Program-made: the position numbers and the translations under genes | NCBI GenBank assembly: GCA_910580045.1 | Contig: CAJTXF010000004.1 | Location: 7,346 to 71,345 of the forward strand | From: an uncultured Eubacteriales bacterium | GTDB lineage: Bacteria; Bacillota; Clostridia; Oscillospirales; Acutalibacteraceae | Length of the DNA: 64,000 nucleotides | Reading direction: 5' to 3' | The notes under the pieces: generated by a model | The model's input: the letters and a program-made list of their open reading frames with translations, nothing else | The model's database searches: none | What the model was told of the DNA's origin: nothing | In this document: piece by piece, positions 10,321 to 19,985 of the stretch | How positions within the stretch are numbered: the first letter of the stretch is position 1 | How the letters are laid out: each line of letters opens with the position of its first letter

Positions 10321-13300
10321 ATGTTCAAAAAAATATTGAGTCTTATTCTAAGCGTAAGCCTGGTGCTCTCTGTGGCCGTGCCGGGGGTGGCAGGAGCTCC
10401 TCCAAGTACTACGCCTACGCCTACGCCTACGCCGGTGCCGACAGTGAAACTTATATTGGAGCCTAACGGCGGTAATTTTGATGTCAACAAATGCCAAACT
10501 TTATATCAAAGTATTGAAGATGATAAGAAAGCTATATACGCGAATAAAATCACCCTCACACTTTCTCTTGACAATGGCAGCGACACCTCCTGCGGAACAC
10601 TGCCAAAAGTAACAGACTCAGAAGAACATATTGTCCGTGATGGCTATATCTTTATGGGATGGTATTCCAACGCAAGTGCAAATGGAACCCCAATAAAAGA
10701 TAATTCTGCCATTAGTACAAACACTACCCTATATGCTGGTTGGAAGCCGATTGAGTACACCCTGACGCTTGATGCCGATAATGGAACTTTCTCTGATGGG
10801 AAGAACACCGCTGAGGTAAAACTCGCCCACGGCGCAGCATATAACACAATTTCACAGCCTAAACGGGATGGATATACTTTCAGCGGGTGGTTGGATATAA
10901 ACCATGATGATGCTGCCATTGATAAAGATACAACTGCTGGCAAGGATTCCCCCACAAAACTAAAGGCCAAATGGGAGCCCATCACATACACCATTAGTTT
11001 TGACTACAACTATCCTCAGAATGATAAAGATACCATTGTGATAACGCCCAGCCCAGCCCCGGCAGCGCCAGGAACAAAAACGGTCACCTTTGGAGAAAAC
11101 TATGGTGATGCCGCTACCACTCCCTCAAAAGATGAGGTATGGCCAGTTGGCTACACCTTTGATGGTTGGGCCACTGCCAAAACTGCGACAAGCGCAAATA
11201 AAGTGAGCTCCGGAACACCCGTAGCTACCGCCAGCAACCACACCCTCTACGCCCAATGGAAAAAGAACGAAGATGTCTTTATTGTGGCTCTCAACTACGG
11301 CAGTGAGCTTACCACGCCCAAGGACGCGGTGAAATATGTGCTGTATGATAAGCCCAAAGGCGGGGGGACTACTTCCTCCGGCTCGGACACGTCCTCTGCC
11401 CCCACCACCCGGAGTGCCTCTGCTACGCCCACGCCTACTCCCAGCCCTGAGCCGGGCAAGGCGTACTATGGCCAGGCGAAGCTCCCGGCCCCGGAAATAG
11501 ACGGCTATGTCTTTTTGGGCTGGGCCAAGAACGCCACAAAAGATAATGAGGGCAACATGGTGGTTCCCTCTGCCGAGCCCACTGTGAACTCCTGGGATTC
11601 TGTGATTAAGGACCACACTTTGTACGCCAAATGGCAGCCTGCCAAGCATACCCTTACCTTTAACCTGAACTATACCCCTGCCCCCTCCCCCAATCCCTAT
11701 CCCCCCAAGGAGGCGGAGCACAACGCCAAAGTCATCAACCTGCTGCCCACCACCAATCCCACCCGCAGCGGTTACCGGTTTGCGGGATGGACTGCCGGCG
11801 GGAATCCTGTGGACAAATACACTTTACTTGACCAGGACATGACTGTATACGCCAGTTGGGTGCCTGCCAACTCTGTAAAGCTGAATGTGAACGGCGGCAA
11901 GCTGCCTGCCAACGCCTCGGACACCATTTTGGTCAGCAGCACCGGCGAGAACAATAAATGGCCCATCCTGCCTCAGCCCACCAGAGACGGATATGACTTT
12001 TTGGGCTGGTATACCGAAACCACTGGCGGCAACAAGATAATCGCAGGCTCGGAAGTGGTTGGTGAGCCGCCCCTGCAGCTGTACGCTCAGTGGGCTGCCA
12101 AGCAGTATACTGTCAGCTTTGACTATAACGGCACCACCGGCAGCAGTGAGCCCAAGAAGTTCACCTATGGCGAGAAATACATGAACCTGCCCACCAACGC
12201 CACCTGGCCCGGCCACACCTTTATGGGCTGGTATACAGCGGCCTCCGGGGGCGAGCGGGTCGTGGCCGGTGAGACCACGGTGCAGACTGCCGCTGACCAC
12301 ACCCTGTACGCCCGCTGGGGCTTTAAGATTAGCTTTGAGCCTGGGGCGGGCTTCGGCAAAATGGAAGATGACCTTGCGCCTTTAGGTGAGGACTATGCCC
12401 TGCCGGAGTGCCAGTTCGAAGCCCCGGACGGCAAGAGCTTCTACCGCTGGGCTGTGGGCACGGCCCGGGGTGAGCAGCTCTCTGCCGGGACCAGGGTGCC
12501 TATCAGCCGCAACACCGCGCTGTACGCGATTTGGAAGGAATCCCCCATTGAGATTGAGGTCTCCAGCACCAGCGGCGGCTCACTGGTATCCAGTGAGGGC
12601 AACAGCGGAATCATTACCATGGAGCGGGGCAGCAGCATTACCTTCACTGCCCGGCCCAGCAGAGGCTATCAGGTGGCTGAGCTGATTATTGACGGCGACC
12701 ACTGCCCCAAGCTGACCCGCTTTACCTTCACCGATTTGCAGGAGAACCACTCCATCCACGCCGTGTTTGAAGTGATTCCCAACCCTGGCTATTCAAGCTG
12801 CGACCACAACTATGACTGTCCCCTGCGGCGGTTCCAGGACCTGAACCCCAACGCCTGGTACCATGACGCTGTGCATTACTGCCTGGACGAGGTCTTTATG
12901 AACGGCATGTCCTCTGAGCGGTACTCCCCCAACACCCGGGCCACCCGGGCCATGCTGGTCACAGTGCTTTGGCAGGCGGCGGGATGCCCCTATACGCCCA
13001 CCAGCGGCGCGCCGGGCAAGCCCTTCAATGATGTGTCGCCTCAGTCCTGGTATTACAAACAGATTTGCTGGGCCAAGGCAGAGGGCATTGTCGCCGGTTA
13101 CTCCAGCGGTAATTTTGGGCCGGATAACCCCATTACCCGGGAACAGCTGGTGACCATCCTTTGGCAGTACGCAGGTAAGCCCGGCCACAGCGAAAACCGC
13201 CTGCCCTATTATGACAGCTGGGCTGTGAGCAACTATGCCTGGGATGCCATGCTCTGGGCCACGGAGAACGGCATTATCAGCGGCACAGGGAACAACACGC

Positions 13301-13380
13301 TGAACCCCAAGGGCTACGCCACCCGCGCGCAGATTGCCCAGTTCACCATGGCGTTCATGCGCTATACCGGCAGGCTGTAA
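10321..13380 (+). CDS. SLH-anchored cell-surface protein with multiple Listeria-Bacteroides (InlB B-like) repeats
   Basis: Signal peptide; repeated R.GY.F.GWY ... TLYA.W units; C-terminal SLH domains (F.D....AWY, ATRA, ITREQ); PT-rich linkers. Confidence 0.9.
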   Translation: MFKKILSLILSVSLVLSVAVPGVAGAPPSTTPTPTPTPVPTVKLILEPNGGNFDVNKCQTLYQSIEDDKKAIYANKITLTLSLDNGSDTSCGTLPKVTDSEEHIVRDGYIFMGWYSNASANGTPIKDNSAISTNTTLYAGWKPIEYTLTLDADNGTFSDGKNTAEVKLAHGAAYNTISQPKRDGYTFSGWLDINHDDAAIDKDTTAGKDSPTKLKAKWEPITYTISFDYNYPQNDKDTIVITPSPAPAAPGTKTVTFGENYGDAATTPSKDEVWPVGYTFDGWATAKTATSANKVSSGTPVATASNHTLYAQWKKNEDVFIVALNYGSELTTPKDAVKYVLYDKPKGGGTTSSGSDTSSAPTTRSASATPTPTPSPEPGKAYYGQAKLPAPEIDGYVFLGWAKNATKDNEGNMVVPSAEPTVNSWDSVIKDHTLYAKWQPAKHTLTFNLNYTPAPSPNPYPPKEAEHNAKVINLLPTTNPTRSGYRFAGWTAGGNPVDKYTLLDQDMTVYASWVPANSVKLNVNGGKLPANASDTILVSSTGENNKWPILPQPTRDGYDFLGWYTETTGGNKIIAGSEVVGEPPLQLYAQWAAKQYTVSFDYNGTTGSSEPKKFTYGEKYMNLPTNATWPGHTFMGWYTAASGGERVVAGETTVQTAADHTLYARWGFKISFEPGAGFGKMEDDLAPLGEDYALPECQFEAPDGKSFYRWAVGTARGEQLSAGTRVPISRNTALYAIWKESPIEIEVSSTSGGSLVSSEGNSGIITMERGSSITFTARPSRGYQVAELIIDGDHCPKLTRFTFTDLQENHSIHAVFEVIPNPGYSSCDHNYDCPLRRFQDLNPNAWYHDAVHYCLDEVFMNGMSSERYSPNTRATRAMLVTVLWQAAGCPYTPTSGAPGKPFNDVSPQSWYYKQICWAKAEGIVAGYSSGNFGPDNPITREQLVTILWQYAGKPGHSENRLPYYDSWAVSNYAWDAMLWATENGIISGTGNNTLNPKGYATRAQIAQFTMAFMRYTGRL
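10409..10432 (+). repeat. (CTACGC)x4 tandem repeat encoding a Thr-Pro linker
   Basis: Read directly from the sequence. Confidence 0.9.
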
Positions 13381-13397
13381 GCCTTACGTACAAAAGC

Positions 13398-13432
13398 AAA
13401 AACCCCGCAGCTGTTTTAGCTGCGGGGGTTTC
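13398..13432. terminator. Bidirectional intrinsic terminator
   Basis: AAAAACCCCGCAGCT-GTTTT-AGCTGCGGGGGTTT between convergent genes. Confidence 0.85.
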
Positions 13433-13448
13433 ATTTTCCTGGGCGTGT

Positions 13449-14339
13449 TCACTCCGGGAAATAGGCTGTCAGCACCAGGCGCTGCTCTTTCAGCGCGGCT
13501 GTGAGCTCACCTCCCATGCGCTCAGCCAGGGCCCGGGCAATGGACAGGCCCAGGCCAGTGGATTTTCTGGCCGCCTCCACAGTGTAGAACCTATCAAAGA
13601 GCTTTTCCGCCTCCAGGCCTGTCAGACTGCGGCAGCGGTTGGCAAAGGTGATTCGGCCCTCTGGAGTCAGCTCCACCTCTAAATCACCATCACTGTATTT
13701 TACAGCATTGCTCAGCAGGTTGGAAAACACCCGGGAGAGCGCTGCCCGGTCCAGCCTGCGGATGATGTGCTCCTCTGGCATACATACAACGGGCTGGATG
13801 CCCCGGGCGGTAAGGTCAGCATAGAAGGCCGCCAGGCTGGCCTCCAGCGCGGAGTTGAGGCTTAACTCCTCTGCCGCCATGCCGCTGGAATCTGAGAGTA
13901 CCACGCAGTAGCGGAACAGCTCCTCGGTCAGATGGCGAAGAAGCTCTGTGCGGCCGCTGATAATGGCCAGGTACTCCGCCGCCTGGGGGGACTTGTCCTC
14001 CTGCTCCAGCAGCTCCAAATAGCCACAGATGGCGGTGAGGGGCGTGCGCAAATCGTGGGAAATATTGGTGACTGCGGCTTTCAGCTCCAAGTCCCCCTGC
14101 TGATACCGGCGGCGTTGGGAGCGCAGCCGGCGCAGCTCCCGGTTGATGCGGGAGGCCAGGGAGCGCATGGCCCGGTCCCGGGTGGAGATGTCAATGAGGG
14201 TGTTGGTGTCTGTTGTGAGCCTGTCGGCAAAGCCCCGGGCGATTTCCTCTGCCGCCCTGCGCATCAGGTGTATTTTCACCCCCAGAAGGGCGGCAGTCAA
14301 AACCGCCGCCCCCAGCAGAATCCATGGCAGAACTTCCAT
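13449..14339 (-). CDS. Sensor histidine kinase with a short N-terminal membrane anchor (intramembrane-sensing type)
   Basis: H-box ISHDLRTPLT, N-box NLLSNAVKYS, FDRFY and G-box GLGLSI motifs. Confidence 0.95.
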   Translation of the reverse strand: MEVLPWILLGAAVLTAALLGVKIHLMRRAAEEIARGFADRLTTDTNTLIDISTRDRAMRSLASRINRELRRLRSQRRRYQQGDLELKAAVTNISHDLRTPLTAICGYLELLEQEDKSPQAAEYLAIISGRTELLRHLTEELFRYCVVLSDSSGMAAEELSLNSALEASLAAFYADLTARGIQPVVCMPEEHIIRRLDRAALSRVFSNLLSNAVKYSDGDLEVELTPEGRITFANRCRSLTGLEAEKLFDRFYTVEAARKSTGLGLSIARALAERMGGELTAALKEQRLVLTAYFPE

Positions 14340-14360
14340 GGGCTTCCCCCCTTTCGGGTT

Positions 14361-15275
14361 TTATTTCAGGTCCATCCGCCGGAAGGCCAGGAGACCCGCG
14401 CCGGTGGCCAGCATGGAGAGCAGCAGCCCGTATGCCGCCATCAGCGGTCCCGAGCCACCCTCCACATCGATACTGTCACTGAGCTGGAAAGCCTGCCCGC
14501 CCGGGAGAAAGTTCAGCAGGAAGGTGTACACCGTCCGCAGGGGGGCCGCAAGATACCGGGGGTTGGGGACTGTCTCCAAATCCTCCTCGGCGATTCTCTG
14601 CCCGTCCCGCCAATAGAACTGGTGGGGCTCTCCCGTTTCATCCACCTCCACGAATACCTCCGCGCCGCCCAGAAGCGTTTTCTCCTCCGGCTCACACAGA
14701 CGATCAAACTGCTGGCGGGGCAGCCACAAGAGCAGGACCACAAGAAGGATGGACAGGACCGTCACCCCCCGGGAGCGAACCAGCTGCCCCAGCAGGGTGA
14801 ACAGCGCGGCCACGGAGAAGATAAACGGCATGAGCCCCACTAGCTTTATGGTGACTGCCTGGGCGTTCCAGAGGTTCTCCGGAACAGTAAAACCAATGGC
14901 AAGCAGCAGGACAGCCTCATACAGCAGGGTATAGAGCAGGGCCGCCGCCAGCATGGTCAGGTAGTTGGCCAGGTAGACCTGTGCCCGGGTGCGACCCACC
15001 ACCAGCTTGTTGCGGATCGTCCCATCGTGATAGTCACTGTTGAGAAACAAGGGACACAAAACAGCCATGGCTATCAGCAGCAGAAGGGAGCAGTCCCCCA
15101 CCCGGGGCGTGGCAAAGTCGGCACGCTCCACTTCCCAGACAGTCAGAGCGTGGGCCCGGAACGCATAGAGCTGGGAGACCTCCCACAGGGTGTAGCCCAG
15201 CATTCCCAGCCCGCACAGCCAGAACCAGACCGAGTGCCAGAGCCGGGAGAAATTGGCAGAGAGCAGATTCCGCAT
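14361..15275 (-). CDS. ABC-2 family transporter permease (paralogue 5)
   Basis: DYHDGTIRNKL motif, about six TM segments, ends FRRMDLK. RBS AGGAGG. Confidence 0.9.
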   Translation of the reverse strand: MRNLLSANFSRLWHSVWFWLCGLGMLGYTLWEVSQLYAFRAHALTVWEVERADFATPRVGDCSLLLLIAMAVLCPLFLNSDYHDGTIRNKLVVGRTRAQVYLANYLTMLAAALLYTLLYEAVLLLAIGFTVPENLWNAQAVTIKLVGLMPFIFSVAALFTLLGQLVRSRGVTVLSILLVVLLLWLPRQQFDRLCEPEEKTLLGGAEVFVEVDETGEPHQFYWRDGQRIAEEDLETVPNPRYLAAPLRTVYTFLLNFLPGGQAFQLSDSIDVEGGSGPLMAAYGLLLSMLATGAGLLAFRRMDLK

Positions 15276-15297
15276 TTTACCTCCTCCTTTCAAGCTC

Positions 15298-16209
15298 CTA
15301 TTTCAAGTCTTTGCGGCGGAACACCAGCAGGCCTGTACCAGTTGCCACTGTCGTGAACCCCAGGGCAAAGGCGGCAAGCACCCCGGGCGGGGCGGGCGAT
15401 GCGGACAGGGTGCCCACGCTGTTTCTGCTCAGCTGGTACGCCTGGCCCATGGGGCTGAAATTCTGGGCAAAGGTGAGCAGGGCGTGGATGGGCTCCCCAA
15501 CGCAGTTCGGGTTGGGCTCCTTGGGACAGTCCTCGGGAGTGTAGTCCACCCCGTCCTTTCGGTAGCCCTTCACCGGCTCGCCGCTGTCGTCTACCATAAG
15601 GATGGCCTCATCATAGACAGGCAGCTCTGTGGGGATAAGCAGAATCTGATCAATCCACTGGGCGGCGAAGGTCAGCAGCATCCCCAGGAGCAGCGCGGTC
15701 AGGGGCACCGTGCGATGGGTGACAAGCCTTGCCAGCAGTACGGACAGGGCCGCAATGCCCAAGGCGACCGCCAGGCTCACAGGCAGGCCCTGGAGGATAT
15801 CCTCCCAGCTGGGCAGGAAATCCGTCTGGGGAGCGCCCGCCAGGGAGAGGCCCAGGCCCAGGTTGATGGAGAGGAACGCCAGGCTGTAAATGAGCCCCAC
15901 AAGGAAGATTAGCACCAGGTCAGCCAGATAGATTGCTGTCCGGCTGCGGCCTGTGGCCAGCTTGTTGCGGATGGTGCCGTAATAGTAGTCCCCGTTCAGG
16001 AAGACGGCGGCGAACACGGGCAGGGCAATGGACAAGGGCTGGACGTAGAACAGGGTGAAGTCCAGCACAGAGGCCGGTTCCCCATAGTTTAGCATGTTAC
16101 GGGTAGAATCAACTCCTATCCAAGAGAACCAAATCATGACCAGGGCGCCCACCCAGAACCAGCCGGAGCGCCAGAGTCGGGCAAAATGGGCGGAAAGCAA
16201 ATTTCTCAT
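15298..16209 (-). CDS. ABC-2 family transporter permease (paralogue 4)
   Basis: DYYYGTIRNKL motif; ends FRRKDLK. Confidence 0.9.
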   Translation of the reverse strand: MRNLLSAHFARLWRSGWFWVGALVMIWFSWIGVDSTRNMLNYGEPASVLDFTLFYVQPLSIALPVFAAVFLNGDYYYGTIRNKLATGRSRTAIYLADLVLIFLVGLIYSLAFLSINLGLGLSLAGAPQTDFLPSWEDILQGLPVSLAVALGIAALSVLLARLVTHRTVPLTALLLGMLLTFAAQWIDQILLIPTELPVYDEAILMVDDSGEPVKGYRKDGVDYTPEDCPKEPNPNCVGEPIHALLTFAQNFSPMGQAYQLSRNSVGTLSASPAPPGVLAAFALGFTTVATGTGLLVFRRKDLK

Positions 16210-16235
16210 GTTTTTCCTCCTTCCAGGTTACATGC

Positions 16236-17132
16236 CTATTTCAAGTCCTTCCGGCGAAAGGCCAGCAGGCCCGCGCCTGTGGCCGCCGCAGAAAAGCCCA
16301 GGGCTAAAGCGGCCACAATTTCCAGGGGTAGGCGGACCTCTCCAGCACCCATTACCTGCAGAAGCTGCCCGCCCGGAAGCAAATCATTCGCTGCCTGAAG
16401 CAGCCCCCGCAGGGGCTCACGGATATACCGGGGATTGGAGCGCTTCTCGACCAGCCGGGCCGGGTCTATGGGCCTGCCCTCTTCATCGTAGTACCGCAGC
16501 ACATTGTTCCCCTGGCTGTCCTTCTCCAGTTCCATTTCTAACTTCATATCCTGGAACGCCGACACCGTCTCCGGCTCTGCCAGCAGATTCTCCAGAATCG
16601 TTGCCCCGTTCAGCAGGGCGGCAATAAGGAATATCATCACCACCAGCACGGAGCGGTGGGTCATCAGCGTGGCCAGCACCACCGCCAGAGAGGCGATAGC
16701 AAACAGAACCGCCAGACCTGTCAGGAGCCGCAGAAGAAGCCGTCCCGGCTCCTCCGCAATGTGCCCGCCCAGCAGCAGCCCGCCGCCAAGAGCCAGGCTT
16801 ATGTGCAGGGCGCTGTAAAAAAGGCAGGTAAGCCAGCTGACCGCCAGGTTCGACAGATAAATCACGGGCCTCTTGTGCCCAGCGATAAACTTGTTCCGTA
16901 TGGTACCTTCCTGGTAGTCTGTGTTGAGGGTCAGGGCGCAGACGACCGGCACCAGCAGGGCACCCACGCTCATGTATTCCAGCAGGCTTTGGTCAATGGC
17001 GCTGCCTCTGTCCCACGCAAACCGGCCTATGAGCAGGTTTATGCCGATGTAAAACACCTCAAAGCCCGCCCCTGCCCACAGCCGCCGGGACCGCAGCAGC
17101 ACCACGCAGTTCGATACAATCAGCCTCCACAT
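16236..17132 (-). CDS. ABC-2 family transporter permease (paralogue 3)
   Basis: DYQEGTIRNKF motif; ends FRRKDLK. Alternative GTG start at 17138. Confidence 0.9.
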   Translation of the reverse strand: MWRLIVSNCVVLLRSRRLWAGAGFEVFYIGINLLIGRFAWDRGSAIDQSLLEYMSVGALLVPVVCALTLNTDYQEGTIRNKFIAGHKRPVIYLSNLAVSWLTCLFYSALHISLALGGGLLLGGHIAEEPGRLLLRLLTGLAVLFAIASLAVVLATLMTHRSVLVVMIFLIAALLNGATILENLLAEPETVSAFQDMKLEMELEKDSQGNNVLRYYDEEGRPIDPARLVEKRSNPRYIREPLRGLLQAANDLLPGGQLLQVMGAGEVRLPLEIVAALALGFSAAATGAGLLAFRRKDLK

Positions 17133-17140
17133 AAGCACCT

Positions 17141-18058
17141 CTACTTCAAATCCTTGCGCCGGAACAGCGCCAGGCCCAGCCCCAAAAAGAGCAGCGTCAC
17201 GGCGGTGGAGTACAGGGCCAGCTGCCAGCGGGGCGTATATTCTATGGTCTCCACCTGGGTGCCGTCATCACTGAATACCCGGTGTCCGTCCCACAGAATC
17301 TCCCACAGCTGCCCGCCGGGCTGGATATTGTTGGCGGTGCGGAGAATGGACTGGAAGGGCTCGTCAATATAGCTGGGGTTGGGAATCATGGGAATGTCGT
17401 CCGCTGAGATGGGGTTGCCCTCCTTATCCAGGTACTGCATGGTCTGCTCCCCGTCCTCGTTGGTGGTCATGGTCACGCTGCCGTAATTCGGAATCACTTT
17501 GGGACTTTCCAGCGCCAGGCAGATAGCCTGCCCGCCGAACATCAGGCTCAGGCCCACCATGGCGCAAATGACCAGGGCAGAGCGGTTGGTGATGAGCATG
17601 GCCACAAACACGCAGATGGCGGTGAGGGCCAGAAACAGCATCAGAAGCACGCCCAGCCGCAAAACCACGTTCCCGGGGTTCCCGATGGTGAGTCCCGCGC
17701 CCGCAATCAGCACCGCGGACACGGACAGGGCCATAAAGAACAGCTCCATGGCGTAGACCGTGATGAAGTTGCTGAGATACACCGCTGTCCGGCTGCGGCC
17801 TACCGTGAGCTTGCAGCGGATGGTGCCATCGTGGTAGTCTGTATTGATAAACAGGCCGCACAGGCAGGGCAGAAGGATGAACTGCCAGGCCGCGCAGTTG
17901 ATAATGGTGTTGTCAATCAGGGCCCCGCCGTCAAAAGCGGCCATTCTCCGCTGGGCCATTGCGTCCCAAGCCGCGCCAACTGTCAGCAGGACTGTCACAA
18001 TCCAGAAGCGCTTGGAGCGGAGCAGGGAGTAAAAGTTCCCGTGTAACAGATGAATCAT
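17141..18058 (-). CDS. ABC-2 family transporter permease (paralogue 2)
   Basis: DYHDGTIRCKL motif; ends FRRKDLK. Confidence 0.9.
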   Translation of the reverse strand: MIHLLHGNFYSLLRSKRFWIVTVLLTVGAAWDAMAQRRMAAFDGGALIDNTIINCAAWQFILLPCLCGLFINTDYHDGTIRCKLTVGRSRTAVYLSNFITVYAMELFFMALSVSAVLIAGAGLTIGNPGNVVLRLGVLLMLFLALTAICVFVAMLITNRSALVICAMVGLSLMFGGQAICLALESPKVIPNYGSVTMTTNEDGEQTMQYLDKEGNPISADDIPMIPNPSYIDEPFQSILRTANNIQPGGQLWEILWDGHRVFSDDGTQVETIEYTPRWQLALYSTAVTLLFLGLGLALFRRKDLK

Positions 18059-18070
18059 TCTGCCGCCCCC

Positions 18071-18970
18071 CTACTTCAAGTCCTTGCGCCGGAACAGCAG
18101 GATTCCCGCTCCGGTGAAGGCCAGGCTCATGGCCAGGGCATAGGCCGCCAGCTGCCAGTATGGGGTCTGGGGCTTGGAGCCGTCCGGCTCCTCATGGCCG
18201 TCCTCCAAAATCTCCACCAGCTGCCCCCCGGGCTGGATGCTGTTCACGGTGCGCAGAAAGCTGCGCATGGGCTCCTTCACATACGAGGGGTTGGGCACCC
18301 GGGGGATGTCCTCCGGCTTGATGGGGTTGCCGTCCTTGTCCAAATACTGGGTGGTTACGGTGCCGTCCTCGTTGGTGGTGAAGCTCACCCCGCCGTAGTC
18401 GTCCACCATCTCCGGGCCGGCCAGTCGAGCGTTGACCATCTGGGCGGCCAAAACCAGCCCCATGCCCAGCAGGGCGCAGTACAGCAGCACCGAGCGGTTG
18501 GTAATCATCGTGGCAAGCAGGGTGAAGATTGCCGTAAGGGACAGAAGCACCAGAAGCAGCATCCCCAGCTTGATTAAGAACGCCTGAGGCTGGGAGAGGC
18601 TCCCCAAAAAGGGGAATCCCACCAGCAGGTAGATAATCTCATAGGCAGTGATATAAATCACGCCCACCGCGCAGTTGGTGACCAGGTTGGAGAGATATAT
18701 CCTGGCGCGGGTATGGCCCACGGTGAGCTTGTTGCGGATGGTGCCGTCGTGGTAATCAGTGTTGATGAACAGGGCTCCCAGGGCAGGCAGCAAAATAAAC
18801 AGTAAAATGGCGGACTGAAAGACGCCATCATCCAGCTCCCCGGCCAGCCGTTTCATTTTGTTGATGTCCACCACCATGTACACCGCCATCGCGGCCACCA
18901 TGAACAGGCCCAGCCAGAAGCGTTTAGAGCGGAACATGGCGTAAAAGTTGGCGGAAAGCAGCTTACGCAT
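18071..18970 (-). CDS. ABC-2 family transporter permease (paralogue 1)
   Basis: DYHDGTIRNKL motif; ends FRRKDLK; overlaps the ATPase stop. Confidence 0.9.
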   Translation of the reverse strand: MRKLLSANFYAMFRSKRFWLGLFMVAAMAVYMVVDINKMKRLAGELDDGVFQSAILLFILLPALGALFINTDYHDGTIRNKLTVGHTRARIYLSNLVTNCAVGVIYITAYEIIYLLVGFPFLGSLSQPQAFLIKLGMLLLVLLSLTAIFTLLATMITNRSVLLYCALLGMGLVLAAQMVNARLAGPEMVDDYGGVSFTTNEDGTVTTQYLDKDGNPIKPEDIPRVPNPSYVKEPMRSFLRTVNSIQPGGQLVEILEDGHEEPDGSKPQTPYWQLAAYALAMSLAFTGAGILLFRRKDLK

Positions 18971-19889
18971 GGCGCTCCCTCCCTTTGCCGGTGCCTACCA
19001 GGCTGAGGAAGTAGCTCTCCAGGCTCTCGTCGTGGTTCTGCACCGTGTACACCTCGCAGCCCCGGTCGGTCAGGGCCGTGACCAGCTTGGAGACGTTCAC
19101 CGCGTCGTAAATGTCCACCTGTTTATTCTCCAGGATTTTATACTCCAAGCCCATCTCGTCCAGCACCAGGGCAGCGGTCTGGGTGTCAGACACATCGGCC
19201 CGCACGCACTTGCGGCAGGTGGCCTCCAGCTCCTCGGCGCTGATTTCCCGAAGCATCCGGCCAGAGTCAATGAAGCCATAGTGGGTGGCCAGCTTGTGGA
19301 GCTCCTCCAAAATGTGGCTGGAAATCAGGACCGTAATGTCCCGCTCCCGGTTCAGCTTGAGAATCAGCTCCCGAATCTCCACAATTCCCTGGGGGTCCAG
19401 GCCGTTGACCGGCTCATCCAGCACCAAAAAGTCCGGGTCGCCGCACAGGGCCACGGCAATGCCCAGCCGCTGGCGCATACCAAGAGAGAAGTTCCTGGCC
19501 TTCTTCTTCCCGGTATCCGGCAGGCCCACCAGCTCCAGCAGCTCCGGCACGCAGGAGAAGTCAGGCAGGCCCAGGATGCGGCACTGCTGCTTGAGGTTGT
19601 TCTCAGCGGTCATGTCCAGGTAGATGGAGGGAGTCTCCACCACAGCCCCCATCCGGCGGCGGGAGCGGGTGATGTCCGGGCTCTCATTGTTCACGCCGTA
19701 AAGACTGTAGGTGCCGTAAGAAGGGGTCTGCAAGCCGCAGATAAGCCGCAGAAGGGTGGTCTTCCCCGCGCCGTTCTTGCCCACCAGGCCGTAGATGGCC
19801 CCCTTGGGCACAGAGATATTGAAGTTTTCCAGCGCCTTGAATTCACGGTAGTTTTTGCCCAGCGCACTGGTTTGCAGGATGTATTCCAT
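18963..19889 (-). CDS. ABC transporter ATP-binding protein (BcrA/LanF-like)
   Basis: Walker A GKNGAGKTT, signature FSLGMRQRLGIA, DEPVNGLD and SSH motifs. Confidence 0.95.
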   Translation of the reverse strand: MEYILQTSALGKNYREFKALENFNISVPKGAIYGLVGKNGAGKTTLLRLICGLQTPSYGTYSLYGVNNESPDITRSRRRMGAVVETPSIYLDMTAENNLKQQCRILGLPDFSCVPELLELVGLPDTGKKKARNFSLGMRQRLGIAVALCGDPDFLVLDEPVNGLDPQGIVEIRELILKLNRERDITVLISSHILEELHKLATHYGFIDSGRMLREISAEELEATCRKCVRADVSDTQTAALVLDEMGLEYKILENKQVDIYDAVNVSKLVTALTDRGCEVYTVQNHDESLESYFLSLVGTGKGRERHA

Positions 19890-19921
19890 AGTTCACGCTT
19901 CCTTTCTGTTGGGATGCCATC

Positions 19922-19978
19922 AGTATACAACAAAAAGGTAAAGAAACCGGTAAAGGAAAGGGTAAAGAAATGGTAAAG
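19922..19978 (-). promoter_or_regulatory. ABC operon promoter with four CTTTACC direct repeats (likely response-regulator operator)
   Basis: GGTAAAG on + at 19937, 19949, 19961 and 19972 (spacing 12, 12, 11). Minus-strand -10 TATACT at 19927-19922. Confidence 0.7.
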
Positions 19979-19985
19979 ATTTTTA

